Positions 54,877 to 64,000 of a DNA stretch of 64,000 nt are shown here, piece by piece. How positions within the stretch are numbered: the first letter of the stretch is position 1; the number at the start of each line of letters is the position of its first letter. Made by a program: the position numbers and the translations under genes. The stretch comes from Acetobacteraceae bacterium (GTDB taxonomy: Bacteria; Pseudomonadota; Alphaproteobacteria; Acetobacterales; Acetobacteraceae). The stretch lies in NCBI GenBank assembly GCA_965276815.1, contig CBDIBE010000010.1, positions 623,734 through 687,733 on the forward strand. Reading direction: 5' to 3'. The notes beneath the pieces were generated by a model. The model made no database searches. It saw only the letters and a list, made by a program, of their open reading frames with translations, and was not told where the DNA came from.

Positions 54877-56553
54877 ATGAACGAGATGACGCCCGCAGTC
54901 AGGGGCGATGAACAGGCGATCGTCGGGCTTTGCTCGGACGGGCTGGCGGCGGCCGAGCGGCTGCTCGGCGCGTCGCGCAACGCCATCGCGCAAAAAGTCG
55001 CGCCCGGCGGCAAGCTGCAACCGGCGCTGCTGGACGCCAACCAATTCGCGCTGCACGGCTTCGCGTGGCAATCGACCTATGTCGAGGCGTTGCGGCGGAC
55101 GCTGCACTGGGCGCGGGCGCTGCACGATGACGGGCGGTTTTCCCCGCTCGAGGCGGCGATCCTGCGCGTGGGCTTCGCGGAGTATCTCGGGCAGTTGGGC
55201 GGCGGCATTCCCATGAGCCAGACCGAGCTGGTCCGCCCCGGCGACCTCGGCGTGCCGCGCGATGTCACACTCGCGTTCCTCACCAGCCCGGTGCTGGAGC
55301 GTCTCGCCGACCCGGCGGCGCTCAACGCCGCGCGCGCCCTGATCGCCGAGGCCGCCACCGCAGGCCGGTTCGGCGATCTCGGACCGGAGGACGAGACGAC
55401 CAGCGCGATCCGCGACCAGTTCACGCGCTTCGCCGACACCGAGATTGCGCCGCATGCCCAAGGCTGGCACCAGCGCGACGAGCTGATCCCGATCGCGCTG
55501 ATCGAACAATTGGCGGAGATGGGCGTCTTCGGTCTGACGGTGCCGGAACAGGACGGCGGCGCGGGCCTCGGCAAAATTGCGATGTGCGTGGTGTCCGAGG
55601 CGCTGAGCCGGGGCTATATCGGCGTCGGCTCGCTGGGCACGCGGGCGGAGATCGCGGCCGAGCTGATCGGCATCGCCGGCACCAAGGAGCAGAAGGCGCG
55701 CTGGCTGCCGGCGCTGGCGACCGGGTCGGTACTGCCGACGGCGGTGTTCACCGAGCCGAACACGGGCTCCGACCTCGGCAGCTTGCGGACCAGGGCGGTG
55801 CGGGACGGCGACCATTACGTGGTGACCGGCAACAAGACCTGGATCACGCACGGGTCGCGGTCGGACCTGATGACGCTGCTGGTGCGCACGGACCCGGAGA
55901 CCGATGGCTATAAGGGTCTGTCCATGCTGCTCGCGGAAAAACAGCGGGGCACCGAAGCTGATCCGTTTCCCACGCCGGGGATGAGCGGCACGGAGATCCG
56001 CGTGCTCGGCTATCGCGGGATGAAGGAATACGAGATCGCTTTCGAGGGTTTTCGCGTGCCGGTCGCCAATTTGCTGGGCGGGGTCGAGGGGCAGGGGTTC
56101 AAGCAGTTGATGGAGACCTTCGAGAGCGCCCGCATCCAGACCGGCGCGCGGGCGCTGGGCGTGGCGCAGAACGCGCTCGAGCTGGCGGCTGCCTACGCGC
56201 GCGACCGCTCGCAGTTTGGCCGGGCGATCGTCGGCTTCCCCCGGGTGGCGGCGAAGATCGCGGCGATGGCGGCCGAGACGATGATGGCGCGGCAATTGAC
56301 CTATTTTGCCGCGCATCAGAAGGATGAGGGCCATCGCTGCGACGTGGAGGCCGGGATGGCGAAGCTGCTGGCGGCGCGCGTGGCCTGGTCGAATGCCGAC
56401 AATGCCGTGCAGATCCATGGCGGGAACGGTTACGCGGTCGAGTATCCCATCAGCCGGGTGCTTTGTGACGCGCGGATCCTGTCGATTTTCGAGGGCGCGG
56501 CCGAGATCCAGGCGCAGGTGATCGCGCGCGGCATCCTTGGCCGCCTGAATTAA
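54877..56553 (+). CDS. Acyl-CoA dehydrogenase family protein (long form, about 558 aa)
   Basis: An AGGAGGA RBS precedes ATG 54877. The ACAD middle and C-terminal domains are present (TGNKTWITHGSRSDLMTLLVRTDP; FEGAAEIQAQVIARGIL). Confidence 0.85.
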   Translation: MNEMTPAVRGDEQAIVGLCSDGLAAAERLLGASRNAIAQKVAPGGKLQPALLDANQFALHGFAWQSTYVEALRRTLHWARALHDDGRFSPLEAAILRVGFAEYLGQLGGGIPMSQTELVRPGDLGVPRDVTLAFLTSPVLERLADPAALNAARALIAEAATAGRFGDLGPEDETTSAIRDQFTRFADTEIAPHAQGWHQRDELIPIALIEQLAEMGVFGLTVPEQDGGAGLGKIAMCVVSEALSRGYIGVGSLGTRAEIAAELIGIAGTKEQKARWLPALATGSVLPTAVFTEPNTGSDLGSLRTRAVRDGDHYVVTGNKTWITHGSRSDLMTLLVRTDPETDGYKGLSMLLAEKQRGTEADPFPTPGMSGTEIRVLGYRGMKEYEIAFEGFRVPVANLLGGVEGQGFKQLMETFESARIQTGARALGVAQNALELAAAYARDRSQFGRAIVGFPRVAAKIAAMAAETMMARQLTYFAAHQKDEGHRCDVEAGMAKLLAARVAWSNADNAVQIHGGNGYAVEYPISRVLCDARILSIFEGAAEIQAQVIARGILGRLN

Positions 56554-56759
56554 CGCACGTCAACGCTGATGGCATTTCTAAACCCGTTGATCGAGTGGCG
56601 GTAATTGCGGTGGCGCCACTGATACAACGAGGCGGGGCAGGGGAAAACTTACTCTGACCGCGACATTAGCAACAAATTGATGTGCTTGTTCTGGCTGCGA
56701 CTTGTATCGCCGTCGAGACTGCGCCAGCGTCCCGAACAGCTTCCAAAAGAGGTTTGTAA

Positions 56760-57302
56760 ATGCGTTTGAAGCGTTGTTCTGCCGCCGTCCTGCTGATCCT
56801 GGCAGCCGGCGCGGTTTCACCCGGCCTCGCGTTGGGCGCTCCGATGACCGAAACCTTCGACTTCTCGGCCAGTATCGGGGGAGCAGCCCCCTATCCGACG
56901 GTGAGCGGCAGCGCGACCGTCACATTCGATGTGGCCGTGGACCAGGACGTGACACCGGTCAACGCCTTCTCCTCCAACTTGCCGGCGAGCTACGGCCCGT
57001 TCTCATTCACGTACGAAGCCGCGCTCAACACAATGCTCATCGGCGACGATTGCACCGGCCTCGGGAGCTGCGCCACTGACTCCGGAGCTGACACGGCGTC
57101 CCTCGGCTTCGAGCTCGACGCGGCGGGTGTGCCGACGGGCGGGATCTCTGTTGTTTACGGAAGTGTCAGCGATGCCGCTAATCTGTTCGAAGGCTCCGGG
57201 ACGGTGACCGCCGAGACCGCCATCCCGGAGCCTGCCTCGCTCGCGTTGCTCGGCATGCTCTCGGCGGGATTTGGGCTGATCCGCACAGTTCGCCGGGGCT
57301 AG
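56760..57302 (+). CDS. PEP-CTERM sorting-domain secreted protein (copy 3)
   Basis: It has a signal peptide MRLKRCSAAVLLILAAGAVSPGLALGA and the C-terminus AIPEPASLALLGMLSAGFGLIRTVRRG. It shares an LGSC motif with copy 1. Confidence 0.8.
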   Translation: MRLKRCSAAVLLILAAGAVSPGLALGAPMTETFDFSASIGGAAPYPTVSGSATVTFDVAVDQDVTPVNAFSSNLPASYGPFSFTYEAALNTMLIGDDCTGLGSCATDSGADTASLGFELDAAGVPTGGISVVYGSVSDAANLFEGSGTVTAETAIPEPASLALLGMLSAGFGLIRTVRRG

Positions 57303-57501
57303 GGGGCTTCCGGCCGTCACCCGGCGGCCATTCTGCCGCCGGACACGGTTGCCTATCGATATACTCCGTGGAACATAGCGCCGATCTGCACGTCGATCAG
57401 TGCTCTCGCCTAGGAACTGCCTATGGCTGGCCGCGGATGTCTGGCGGTAACTCGGCGACGTCGTCTTGCGAACAGCGAGCAACACAGTGAGGCACATCAC
57501 C

Positions 57502-58224
57502 ATGGTCGAGATGGTCAAGCCTGTAATCGGGGTCGCGGTGGGCGCCGCGCTCTTGGCTCTCGGGCTACACATGGTGGGGCCTGGCGCGCAGGCCGAGACG
57601 GTTGCCGGGGCGCTGCCGCCGCCGGCGTTGGATGTGCCGGCGAGCGCGCCCGGCCTGCAGACCGCGGTGTTCTCAGGCGGCTGCTTCTGGGGTGTGCAGG
57701 CGGTGTTCCAGCACATTGCCGGCGTGCGGGAGGCCATGTCTGGCTACGCCGGCGGCACGGTCGCCGATCCCAGCTACGAGCAGGTCAGCAGCGGGACCAC
57801 GGGCCATGCGGAGTCCGTCCGCGTCACCTTCGACCCGGCGCAAGTCAGCTACGGCAAGCTGCTGCAGATTTTTTTCTCCGTGGCGCTCGATCCGACCGAG
57901 GTGAACCGGCAGGGGCCGGATTCCGGCACCCAATACCGGTCGGAACTGTTCGTCAGCGGCCCGGAGCAGGAGCGCGTCGCCCGCGCCTATGTGGCGCAAC
58001 TCGACGCCGCGCACGCGTTTACTGCGCCGATCGCCACGCGCATTGATCCGGCCGGCCCGTTCTACCCGGCCGAGGCCTACCATCAGGACTACCTTACGCT
58101 GCACCCCAACCAGCCCTACATCGCGTTCAACGACATGCCGAAGGTCGAGCACCTTGAGGCGTGGTTCCCGCAGAACTGGCGCGGCATGCCGGTCACCATC
58201 GGCAAGCTTGCCGCCGGTAGCTGA
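57502..58224 (+). CDS. msrA: Peptide methionine sulfoxide reductase MsrA, periplasmic (signal peptide)
   Basis: It has the catalytic motif GGCFWG and a signal peptide MVEMVKPVIGVAVGAALLALGLHMVGPGAQA. Confidence 0.85.
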   Translation: MVEMVKPVIGVAVGAALLALGLHMVGPGAQAETVAGALPPPALDVPASAPGLQTAVFSGGCFWGVQAVFQHIAGVREAMSGYAGGTVADPSYEQVSSGTTGHAESVRVTFDPAQVSYGKLLQIFFSVALDPTEVNRQGPDSGTQYRSELFVSGPEQERVARAYVAQLDAAHAFTAPIATRIDPAGPFYPAEAYHQDYLTLHPNQPYIAFNDMPKVEHLEAWFPQNWRGMPVTIGKLAAGS

Positions 58225-58305
58225 CCTTTTGTTCTACCAGTCCATCGGAACCAGATTCGATTCTGATAGCTGGCGGACTTCCCAGGCTTCCCGCCCGCCG
58301 CATTA

Positions 58306-58550
58306 CCAGTAAATGTTCGTGTAGCCGAGCGCCGCGAGCTGGAGCGCGAGGTTGCGGCCGCCGAAACTTTCCGAGTTCCAGCCGGCGGCGACCACCGGCG
58401 CGCTCAGATCGCCATCTGTCAGTTGGTGCATTTCGGCGCGCAAATCGTCCTGCGCGATGTCGGTCAGTTCGCCGCCTTTTCCGACCAAGCGCAGCCCAAC
58501 TGCGCCCGGTATGGAACGGCTCCCGGTTTGACACGAAAATTACTCCCCAA
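58306..58550 (-). pseudogene. Rhodanese-like domain fragment without a start codon
   Basis: The frame after a TAA reads FSCQTGSRSIPGAVGLRLVGKGGE...LAALGYTNIYWY*. The active-site loop is CQTGSRS (rhodanese CxxGxRS). The N-terminal ~40 aa of the domain are absent. Confidence 0.35.
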
Positions 58551-58624
58551 GTCGTCATCACGCCATAGTTGGTGGAACGTGGCTTGCGTTTGCCGCCCGG
58601 AGCGATCATTCTGCAATTTCAGAA

Positions 58625-59236
58625 ATGTCTGAAACTTGTGAAAGAACGGTCGTGGAGCTGCCTCCGATCATCGAGGAGTTCGTGCTGCATTTCGGCGAGA
58701 TGGGCGGCCGTTGGGGCATCAACCGCACCGTCGGGCAGATCTACGCGCTGCTGTTCCTCTCCGACCGCCCGCTGAATGCGGAGGAGATCACCAACCTGCT
58801 CGGCGTATCCCGCTCCAATGTCAGCATGGGCATCAAGGAGCTCGAGGGATGGCGCCTGGTCCGCAAGCGCCACCTGGCGAACGACCGGCGCGACTATTTC
58901 GAGGCGCCGGACGATAGTTGGCAGATCGTCAGGATCTTGGCCGAGGAGCGCCGCAAGCGCGAGGTCGACCCGACCCTCTCCATGCTGCGCGACGTGCTGA
59001 TGCAATGCCCGAGCACGCCCGAGGCGCGGCACGCCCAGAGCAAGATGCGGCAGATGCATGAGCTGATCGAGCTGATTGTTGGCTGGGCCGACGACGTGCA
59101 GAAACTCGACAACGACAGTTTGCGACAATTACTGGCGCTCGGCGCCGGCGTATCCCGCTTCCTCGACATCAAGGACAAGATCTCGGTGATCGTGGGCGGC
59201 AAACGGCGCGCGCCCGATGCGGAAGACAAGGCGTGA
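58625..59236 (+). CDS. GbsR/MarR-like HTH transcriptional regulator
   Basis: 203 aa with a winged-helix region (QIYALLFLSDRPLNAEEITNLLGVSRSNVSMGIKELEGWRLV). It lies directly upstream of cydAB. Confidence 0.7.
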   Translation: MSETCERTVVELPPIIEEFVLHFGEMGGRWGINRTVGQIYALLFLSDRPLNAEEITNLLGVSRSNVSMGIKELEGWRLVRKRHLANDRRDYFEAPDDSWQIVRILAEERRKREVDPTLSMLRDVLMQCPSTPEARHAQSKMRQMHELIELIVGWADDVQKLDNDSLRQLLALGAGVSRFLDIKDKISVIVGGKRRAPDAEDKA

Positions 59237-60660
59237 TCGACGCATTCCATCTGGCGCGCGCGCAGTTCGGCTTCACTGTCGCGTTCCACATCGTCTTCCC
59301 GACGTTCTCGATCGGGTTGGCGAGCTATCTGATGGTGCTGGAAGCGCTCTGGCTCCGCACGCGCGAGCAGGTTTATCTCGATCTTTTCAAGTATTGGATA
59401 AAGATCTTCTCCATCGGCTTTGCGATGGGCGTCGTCTCCGGCCTGGTCATGTCCTATCAGTTCGGCACCAACTGGTCGCGCTTTTCCGATATAGCGGGCC
59501 CGGTGGTCGGCCCGGTCATGGCCTATGAGGTGTTGACCGCGTTCTTCCTGGAGGCCGGGTTCCTCGGCGTCATGCTGTTCGGCATGGACCGCGTCGGCCG
59601 CAAGCTGCACATGTTCGCCACCTGCATGGTGGCGGGCGGCACCTTCCTATCGGCGTTCTGGATCCTTGCGGTCAATAGCTGGATGCAGACGCCAGCCGGA
59701 TACGGCATCGGCCCGGATGGCCGTATGTTCCCGACCGATTATTGGCAGGTCATCTTCAACCCGTCGGTGTTCTTCCGGGTGCCGCACATGGTGCTGGCGT
59801 CCTACCTGATCGTGGCGTTCATCGTCGGCGGCGTCGGCGCCTGGCACATGCTGCATGGCCGCAGCACGCCGGCGGTGCGCAAGATGTTCTCGATGGCGAT
59901 GTGGATGGCGGCGATCGTGGCGCCGCTGCAAATCATGATGGGCGACGCGCACGGGCTGAACACGCTCGAGCACCAGCCGATGAAGATCGCCGCAATGGAA
60001 GGCGATTTCGACGATTCCGGGCCGGACGGCGCACCGCTGATCCTGTTCGGCCTGCCCAACATGGGGCAGGAGCGCACCGACTATAAAATAGAGATCCCGC
60101 ACGCCTCCTCACTCATCCTGACCCATAGTTGGAATGGTAAGGTGCCCGGCCTGAAGGATGTGCCGCCCGCGGACCGGCCTTATGCGCCGGTGATCTTCTG
60201 GACCTTCCGCGTCATGGTCGGCTTGGGCTTCCTGATGTTCGGTCTCGGCCTGTTCAGCCTGCTGACCCGGCGCCGCGGTACGCTGTTCACCAATCGTTGG
60301 TTGCATCGCGCGGCCCTCATCATGGCGCCGGCGCCGATCGTGGCCATGCTGTGCGGCTGGATGACGACCGAGATCGGGCGCCAGCCGTACACAGTCTACG
60401 GCGTGCTGCGGACCATCAACAGCATGTCGCCGATCGCACTCCCGGGCGTGGCGACCTCGCTCGCGGTGTTCGCCGTGGTGTACTTCGTCGTGTTCGGGGC
60501 TGGCATCATGGTCATCCTGCGCCTGATGGCCAACCCGCCGGTGATCGGCGAGCCCGGGCTGGATCCCACCAAGCCGATCCGCTCTGCCGGCATCCATCCG
60601 GGCCTGGCCGGCGCGGTGCCACCCGGCACGGGCGCCCAATCCCCGTTGCCGGCGGAGTAA
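59233..60660 (+). CDS. cydA: Cytochrome bd-type quinol oxidase subunit I (short Q-loop, CioA-like)
   Basis: 475 aa with the N-terminus MIDAFHLARAQFGFTVAFHIVFPTFSIG. The heme ligand region is conserved. It is shorter than E. coli CydA. Confidence 0.85.
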   Translation: MIDAFHLARAQFGFTVAFHIVFPTFSIGLASYLMVLEALWLRTREQVYLDLFKYWIKIFSIGFAMGVVSGLVMSYQFGTNWSRFSDIAGPVVGPVMAYEVLTAFFLEAGFLGVMLFGMDRVGRKLHMFATCMVAGGTFLSAFWILAVNSWMQTPAGYGIGPDGRMFPTDYWQVIFNPSVFFRVPHMVLASYLIVAFIVGGVGAWHMLHGRSTPAVRKMFSMAMWMAAIVAPLQIMMGDAHGLNTLEHQPMKIAAMEGDFDDSGPDGAPLILFGLPNMGQERTDYKIEIPHASSLILTHSWNGKVPGLKDVPPADRPYAPVIFWTFRVMVGLGFLMFGLGLFSLLTRRRGTLFTNRWLHRAALIMAPAPIVAMLCGWMTTEIGRQPYTVYGVLRTINSMSPIALPGVATSLAVFAVVYFVVFGAGIMVILRLMANPPVIGEPGLDPTKPIRSAGIHPGLAGAVPPGTGAQSPLPAE

Positions 60661-60665
60661 GAGCA

Positions 60666-61679
60666 ATGAGCGCTGAAACGATCGCGACGATCTGGGCCGG
60701 GCTGCTGGCTTTCGCCGTCCTGGCCTATGTGGTGCTGGATGGGTTCGATCTGGGTGTCGGCATCCTGTTTGCCGCCGAGCGCGGCAAGGAGGATCGCGAC
60801 ACTATGGTGAACACCATCGCGCCGATGTGGGATGGCAACGAGACCTGGCTGGTGCTCGGCGGCGGCGGCCTGTTCGCCGTCTTCCCCCTCGCATATGCGG
60901 TGATCCTGCCCGCGCTCTATCCAGTGATCTTGGGCATGCTGTTCGGCCTGATCTTCCGCGGCGTTGCTTTCGAGCTGCGTTTCCGCGCCCGTACCGCCCT
61001 GGGGCAGCGGCTGTGGGATTTCTCCTTCTTTGGCGGTTCGCTGGTGGCCGGGTTGTGCCAGGGCCTGGCGCTCGGCGGGATGCTGCAAGGCATCCACGTG
61101 GTGGACCGGCAATATGTCGGCGGCTGGTTCGACTGGCTGACCCCGTTCACGGTGCTTTGCGGTGTGGCGGTGGTGGTCGGGTATGCCTGGCTGGGCACCT
61201 GCTGGTTGATTTGGCGAACGGAGGGCTCCTTGCAGGTGCGGGCGCGGGGCCAGGCGGCGGTGCTCGCTTGGGTGATGCTCGGCTTGATCGTGGTGGTGAG
61301 TATCTGGACGCCGTTCCTGGACCGGCTTTTCATGCATCGTTGGTTCAGCTGGCCGGGCATCCTGCTGACCAGCCCGGTTCCCATCCTGGTCGCGGGTTTG
61401 GCGCTGGCTTTCGCCGCCGGCATCCGGCGCGAGCACCATCTGACGCCATTCCTCTGCGCGCTAGGGATCTTTGTACTGTGCTTCGCGGGGCTTGGGGTGA
61501 GCTTGTACCCGCTGATGGTGCCGCCAGACATCACGATCTGGCAGGCGGCAGCGCCGCGGGCGAGCCAGCTCTTTGTGCTGGTGGGCGCCTCCGTGCTGAT
61601 CCCGCTGATCCTATGCTACTCAGGCTTTTCCTACTGGGTCTTCCGGGGGAAGGTGCAGGCCGGTGCGCACTACCACTGA
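60666..61679 (+). CDS. cydB: Cytochrome bd-type quinol oxidase subunit II
   Basis: MSAETIATIWAGLLAFAVLAYVVLDGFDLGVGILF... is the real frame (the tail of track ORF 60297..61679). It spans about 337 aa. Confidence 0.85.
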   Translation: MSAETIATIWAGLLAFAVLAYVVLDGFDLGVGILFAAERGKEDRDTMVNTIAPMWDGNETWLVLGGGGLFAVFPLAYAVILPALYPVILGMLFGLIFRGVAFELRFRARTALGQRLWDFSFFGGSLVAGLCQGLALGGMLQGIHVVDRQYVGGWFDWLTPFTVLCGVAVVVGYAWLGTCWLIWRTEGSLQVRARGQAAVLAWVMLGLIVVVSIWTPFLDRLFMHRWFSWPGILLTSPVPILVAGLALAFAAGIRREHHLTPFLCALGIFVLCFAGLGVSLYPLMVPPDITIWQAAAPRASQLFVLVGASVLIPLILCYSGFSYWVFRGKVQAGAHYH

Positions 61680-61788
61680 TCCGCTTTGGCGCCGGCTCCT
61701 CTGGTTCGTCGGGTTGTGGGCGGCCGGGGTTCTCGCTGTGGCGGCGATCGCTTGGCCATTGCGGTGGCTATTGGGATCCTAAGTCGGC
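61666..61788 (+). CDS. Candidate CydX/CbdX-like single-TM micro-protein overlapping the cydB stop
   Basis: GTG at 61666, then (M)RTTTDPLWRRLLWFVGLWAAGVLAVAAIAWPLRWLLGS*. This is one hydrophobic helix with a W-x-x-G-x-x-x-A pattern. It is absent from the ORF track because it is only ~40 codons long. Confidence 0.4.
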
Positions 61789-61819
61789 AACTGACGATTG
61801 ATTGAGAGGTCGTTACGCA

Positions 61820-61966
61820 GCTGCATTGGTATCCCAACGCGGATGAATGGCAGTTCTACATCGAAGGCCAAGGCAGCATGGGCGTGTTCGGTCAAAGCGC
61901 AGTGGAGGAGTTTTGCACGATCATCCTCGAGTGGCAGCTGCTCGTTACGATATCCGACGAGTAGAG
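61820..61966 (+). pseudogene. Cupin-domain gene fragment
   Basis: The frame reads LHWYPNADEWQFYIEGQGSMGVFGQSAVEEF...*. It matches the cupin motif 1 region (HWHPNADEWQYVLxGxGRMTVF). It is flanked by non-coding lower-GC DNA, with no start and an early stop. Confidence 0.45.
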
Positions 61967-62611
61967 GCCGACCATTTCTCGCATCGGTCAGCTATCTTGC
62001 GATTGGGCGACGTTTCGCGGCCGACGTGATCCTCATAACATGGAGTGTCGCCGAACCACCTTATACCAAGGCTTGGTGAGGTTAACTCTATCGGCTGGCA
62101 GGTCATCATCCGCGCAGGCGGATGATCCACGCCTTTGCTCCTTGGCGCCGGCCGAAGGCGTGGATGGCACGCCTGCGCGGACCATCACCCTGGATGGGTC
62201 TGCCTCAAGGAGCAATGGTATGACGCGATGGCATGTAACGCATTCAGCGGACGACCCAGCAGTCTCGGTAAGCTGCTCGAACCGCGCGTGAGCTACTGGG
62301 AAAGAGTGTTGCAAGTACAAAATAATCTCGCTGTGAGCGACGCGGCCCATTGCGGTAGGCTAATCTACTGACATGCGACATCGCCCAAGCTGCCGCTGCA
62401 AGCTACGGACTGCGCCGGTGGTGATCTGCGGCAACAAAGCGCGGCGGCGTAGCAGTCCCTGAAGCAAAAACATCATCCAGCACTTGCACGAGCGCTCCTG
62501 TGCATCCACTTGCAGTCGAATGCGTTGACCGAGATCAGGTGTATCGTTCCTATTGCGGTTATCGTGTGCATCGCAAAGATACGCTGATTTTGAGAAGGAG
62601 CAATGACGAGG

Positions 62612-62941
62612 ATGGCAAAAGCAGAAACGACAACCGGGGCGGCACGTGCACCCCGCGGAACCAAGCCGGTGACCCAGGCATTTTTCGCCGCGCTGGATTC
62701 CGTTCCGGAAGCCACGCGATCGGCGGTTGCCAAAGCAGCCCAGGCGATGATCCGCGATGAGCTCAAGAATCGGCGCGATAAACTGAAGGCGGCCGCGGCC
62801 AAGGAAAAGGCGCGCCGGCCGGCTACTGCGAAGCGTGCCCCGAAGCCGGCTCCAGCGCCGGAAGTCGCCGAGCCCGTTGCGGCTGCAGTGCCAACCAAGC
62901 GGCGTTCGCGCAAACAGGCTAACGCGTCGGCCGCTGCTTGA
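62612..62941 (+). CDS. Small basic protein with an Ala/Lys/Pro-rich histone-H1-like C-terminal tail
   Basis: MAKAETTTGAARAPRGTKPVTQAFFAALDSVPEATRSAVAKAAQAMIRDELKNRRDKLKAAAAKEKARRPATAKRAPKPAPAPEVAEP... The start is ATG 62603 or 62612. Confidence 0.5.
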   Translation: MAKAETTTGAARAPRGTKPVTQAFFAALDSVPEATRSAVAKAAQAMIRDELKNRRDKLKAAAAKEKARRPATAKRAPKPAPAPEVAEPVAAAVPTKRRSRKQANASAAA

Positions 62942-63485
62942 CGTTAGCTGATGCCGAGCGCGAGTCCTCGGCATCAGGGCGGGGCCGGGTGGGAGTTCTT
63001 TGGCTACGCCACGACTCGGGCTTCTGATCCACGCTCGAGTCGTGGCCCAATCTGGCCGAGACGGCAGTCCGGGACGCAGGATCCCACTCTCCAGCGTGGT
63101 GGCCTCGGAATGCTATCGTCGACACCGCCTCTGGTGTCAGGCGTCCGATAGAGCGATCCGGGGATCTGCTCCAGACGCGAGGGATGAGCTTTCGATTCGA
63201 GGCCGTAAAACTCCTGCCCGCAATCCCGAACTTGTATTTCTGGTGTCGGTAGCCACGAGCCGGTTTTCCGTGCAAGCCGGTAAACCTGTCCGACTTGATC
63301 GACCGACGGCAGATTGATCAACAAACTCGCTCGTCTGGCGGAGACTCTCGGTGGTCTTCGGCGTCGTTGGGCAGTATCGTCCGGATGAAGCGGCGTGGGC
63401 TACGATGCCGCGTGCAAAACAGGCATCTCTCGCCGACGCATTCGAGACCGCGAGCTGCATGGCCAGACTGGAGGGACATCGTTGT

Positions 63486-64000
63486 CATGAAGGCGCTACT
63501 CCGCACGATTTGGCTCACCGCCGCCTTGGCAAGCAGTGGCTGCGCGTCATTTTTCGTCGCGGACACGACACCGCTCCCGCCAGACCGGCTGGAACCGGTC
63601 GGCGCCGAGCGTATTTCCCGCGGCGGCTACCGGATCGACTCGCTCCCGCCTTCGGCTGAAGCGCCGGACCTGATCGTCATCGTTGCCATGTCCGGCGGCG
63701 GCAAGCGATCAGCGTCATTCGGCTATGGTGCGCTGAAGGGCATGCGGGCGGTCATGGTACCGACCGATGTCGGGCCGCGGTCGCTGCTGAGCCAGGTCGA
63801 CGTCATCTCCGGAGTCTCGGGAGGCAGCTTCCCCGCCGCGTACTATGGTCTGTATCGCGACAAGACGTTCGACCAGTTCGAGACCGATTTCCTGTACTCC
63901 GACACCAACAGCTACATCTACGGCGTCTATCTGCTGCCATGGAACTGGACCTGGCTTGTCGATCCGGAAGTTGGCACGAATGATTTCATGGATCGCGTCT
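63486..64000 (+). CDS. Patatin-like phospholipase lipoprotein, partial: continues beyond the window end
   Basis: The lipobox is LTAALASSGC. The oxyanion motif is SGGGKRS and the nucleophile elbow is GVSGGS. There is no stop in the window, so it is not in the ORF track. Confidence 0.7.

Noticed and set aside
58238-58275. tRNA-like T-arm (CCAGA-TTCGATT-CTGAT) between msrA and the rhodanese fragment
   Set aside because: No complementary acceptor 5' strand and no D or anticodon arms were found upstream, so it is not an intact tRNA. It could at most be a 3'-end att remnant.

Overview
This is a 64 kb window of high-GC DNA (about 65-68% GC) that looks alphaproteobacterial: a Ros/MucR regulator, an HmrR/CueR-type MerR regulator, PEP-CTERM proteins, and Liv- and amino-acid-type ABC importers. 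Coding density is high and most genes sit in translationally coupled operons. Contents, left to right: (1) A catabolic island (1-12.8 kb). It holds a family-1 sugar-type ABC importer, a DapA-family enzyme, a three-subunit HcnABC/LhpBEF-like flavoprotein dehydrogenase, and an amino-acid-type ABC importer with two paralogous binding proteins and an embedded H-x-H metal-dependent hydrolase. (2) PEP-CTERM proteins, a secreted metallophosphoesterase and an RTX-like protein (13-22.5 kb). (3) A metal-homeostasis island (15.4-33 kb). It holds a His-rich HflC/HflK-like SPFH pair coupled to an MBD-less CPC P1B-ATPase, a copA-cueR operon with a divergent copZ and a MerR-type operator, a CDF transporter, an AcrAB-like RND pump and its adaptor, and a third SPFH protein fused to a polytopic membrane domain. 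(4) An acyl-CoA module (33-37.8 kb): a family III CoA-transferase, a split ADP-forming acyl-CoA synthetase and an AMP-forming ligase. (5) Two Liv-type ABC systems, one with a fused LivM-LivG and one without a binding protein, plus TSUP, hydantoinase, cardiolipin synthase, MucR and UbiX. (6) A degraded region (52-55 kb): a frameshifted tyrosine recombinase, an orphan ScpA-like kleisin and a small secreted tandem-repeat peptide. (7) Acyl-CoA dehydrogenase, a third PEP-CTERM protein, periplasmic MsrA, a GbsR-type regulator, a cytochrome bd (Cio-like) oxidase with a candidate CydX-like micro-ORF, and a lower-GC tail with gene remnants and a patatin lipoprotein. Pseudogenes and remnants are PdxA-like, DUF4396-like, rhodanese-like, cupin-like and integrase. 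Two copies of a REP-like palindromic element sit exactly on TAG stop codons. No rRNA or CRISPR array was seen and no intact tRNA was found. Coordinates I read from the raw sequence may be off by 1-2 nt relative to the ORF track.
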